The translations under genes and the position numbers were made by a program. The notes under the pieces were generated by a model. The model had not been told where the DNA came from and made no database searches. It saw only the letters and a list, made by a program, of their open reading frames with translations. Shown here one piece after another: positions 24,661 to 26,063 of a stretch of DNA of 26,063 nt. Numbering within the stretch: position 1 is the stretch's first letter; each line of letters starts with the position of its first letter. This DNA comes from Nitrospira sp. Lineage in GTDB: Bacteria > Patescibacteriota > Minisyncoccia > Phycocordibacterales > DATDWN01. Location: the NCBI GenBank assembly GCA_040079895.1, contig JBEBJM010000001.1, positions 1 through 26,063 of the forward strand, in the 5' to 3' direction.

Positions 24661-25590
24661 TTATACCTTGAGATACTTTCTTACAGCAAGGAAACTGGAT
24701 ACTGCGCCTATAGCGACACCGGACCCGACAATAATAAGGAAGATTTGTCCAAAATTTGAAGTATAGTAATGGAAAATGTTAAGCCCGACAAAGAAGTTTT
24801 CAGTCGTGCCACCAAGCCATATTGTTAGAGGGTAAAACAGTATGAGAGTAAATACAGCTGATACAGCCCCATACATAGCCCCAGCGATGAAAAATGGCCC
24901 TCTGATGTAGTTCGTCGAAGCCCCGACCAGTCGCATAACAGATATTTCGTCTCGTGACATAAATATAACCAGTCGGAGTGTGTTGAAAGTAATAAGTATA
25001 GATATGATGATTAGGAAAATAGTCAGTATAAAACCGAGCCTGCTAGCGGAACTGATGATTTTTGTCAGCCTGTCTATGGCGTCTTTGTTCTGATAATAAT
25101 TTACTTTGTCTATGATACTACTACCGTCTATCGAGACTGTATTTTTTGTCTGCAAAAAATGCGCGATACCCTCGTACTGTGCTGGATCTTTGGCTTTTAT
25201 GTTTAGTGTGGCTCCAAGCGGATTCTCTCCCAGCTCGTCTAGTGCCTGCAAAGTTATCTCGTCGTTCTGATGTCTGGATTTAAAGTTTGCCAAAGCCTCT
25301 TCTTTGGAAATATAAACAATAGGAGGAGCGACTTCTGGTAGAGCTTCCAGACTCTTCTTTAGAGACAGTATACTGTCCTCACTAGCATCCCTAACAAAGT
25401 AGACGTTTATATCTACTTTGCTTCTGATTTGGTCCAAAGTTGTTTTTAAAATAGCTCCAGAAAAAATAATAGAACCTATAACAAAAAGAGTTACTGTCAA
25501 CACAAAAACTGAAGATAGCGAAACAAAGCGGTTTCGCCAAAAACTATAGAAACCAGAACGAGCGACTCTTTTTATTTTAATCCAGATCAT
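24661..25590 (-). CDS. ftsX: Cell division permease FtsX
   Basis: FWRNRFVSL, LGENPLGATL, FNTLRL, EISVMRLVGAS and IRGPF; downstream of ftsE. Confidence 0.95.
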   Translation of the reverse strand: MIWIKIKRVARSGFYSFWRNRFVSLSSVFVLTVTLFVIGSIIFSGAILKTTLDQIRSKVDINVYFVRDASEDSILSLKKSLEALPEVAPPIVYISKEEALANFKSRHQNDEITLQALDELGENPLGATLNIKAKDPAQYEGIAHFLQTKNTVSIDGSSIIDKVNYYQNKDAIDRLTKIISSASRLGFILTIFLIIISILITFNTLRLVIFMSRDEISVMRLVGASTNYIRGPFFIAGAMYGAVSAVFTLILFYPLTIWLGGTTENFFVGLNIFHYYTSNFGQIFLIIVGSGVAIGAVSSFLAVRKYLKV

Positions 25591-25596
25591 ATTTAT

Positions 25597-25605
25597 ATTA
25601 TATCA
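25597..25605 (-). promoter_or_regulatory. Extended -10 leaderless promoter for ftsX
   Basis: TGaTATAAT, then 6 nt, then the ATG at 25590. Confidence 0.6.
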
Positions 25606-25612
25606 TTATTTT

Positions 25613-25738
25613 TATAACTTTCAGATTTGAGACAAGGTCGCGTATAAAATTTGGAAAATCATCTGAGGCGTACTCGTTGTACGGTGAAGATGTTTTTAAA
25701 ATTTTAGACAGAGAGACTCGCCAAATCTGGAAGTTATA
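25613..25738. repeat. 126-bp imperfect palindrome with central GTACTCGTTGTAC (REP/MITE-like, copy B)
   Basis: Arms 25613-25629 / 25722-25738 pair over 17 bp with one G-T; inner arms 25644-25663 / 25688-25706; core at 25670-25682. Confidence 0.78.
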
Positions 25739-26063
25739 TCACGTACTTACCTTCCTTATCATCGCGGATAATCCTCCCCTTTTCCATCGTTATAACGCGT
25801 TTTTTCAGTGAGTCTATAACGCCTTTGTTGTGAGTGGTTAGAATAACAGTTGTACCTAAATCATTTATTTTTTTCAAAATCTGCACAATATCAAAAGTGT
25901 TGAGTGGGTCTAGGTTACCTGTAGGCTCGTCAGCAATAACCACGTCTGGTTGGTTTACTATAGCCCGAGCGATCGAAACACGCTGTTTCTCCCCGCCAGA
26001 CAACTCTCCGGGAAAGTTCCAGATCTTGCTACTCAAATCAACCAAGTCGAGAACGTGGGGCAC
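25734..26063 (-). CDS. ftsE: Cell division ATP-binding protein FtsE, C-terminal part (N-terminus outside the window)
   Basis: [37 protein letters not shown]...ILTTHN; upstream of ftsX. Confidence 0.95.
   Translation of the reverse strand: MPHVLDLVDLSSKIWNFPGELSGGEKQRVSIARAIVNQPDVVIADEPTGNLDPLNTFDIVQILKKINDLGTTVILTTHNKGVIDSLKKRVITMEKGRIIRDDKEGKYVI

Noticed and set aside
25613-25738. Integron attC interpretation of the long palindromes
   Set aside because: AAC/GTT ends are present only in copy B, the spacer regions pair fully unlike typical attC, there is no integrase, and the flanking genes are core genes. IntegronFinder would settle it.

Overview
AT-rich bacterial chromosome segment in the standard genetic code. 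It is most likely from a small-genome Patescibacteria/CPR (Parcubacteria-like) organism; this is an inference from gene content, the near-absence of Shine-Dalgarno sites and several leaderless-type promoters. Core genes are TPM (partial), lemA, groEL, groES, secG, an orphan peptide ABC substrate-binding protein, rnj, murI, tRNA-Gln(CTG), pyrG, ftsX and ftsE (partial). Five things stand out. (1) An 8.4 kb cluster at 7730-16124 encodes a HAD-IIB phosphomannomutase-like enzyme, a type II PMI-like cupin, two double-propeller GH130 proteins, a divergent low-GC propeller and two MFS transporters; it may be an uncharacterised mannoside phosphorolysis system. (2) A GC-rich islet carries a TraR/DksA-type gene with a strong SD, followed by an unusual symmetric CG-ladder hairpin and a leaderless 18-aa basic sORF. 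(3) A 133-bp MITE-like insertion has 20-bp terminal inverted repeats and a 6-bp target duplication. (4) Several ~125-bp intergenic palindromes sit inside operons, two of them sharing a GTAC-core design. (5) The tRNA-Gln has a 21-bp extended acceptor helix and an upstream duplicated 5' fragment. No CRISPR array, rRNA, integrase or transposase was seen. All family assignments come from motif recognition by eye; no database searches were run.
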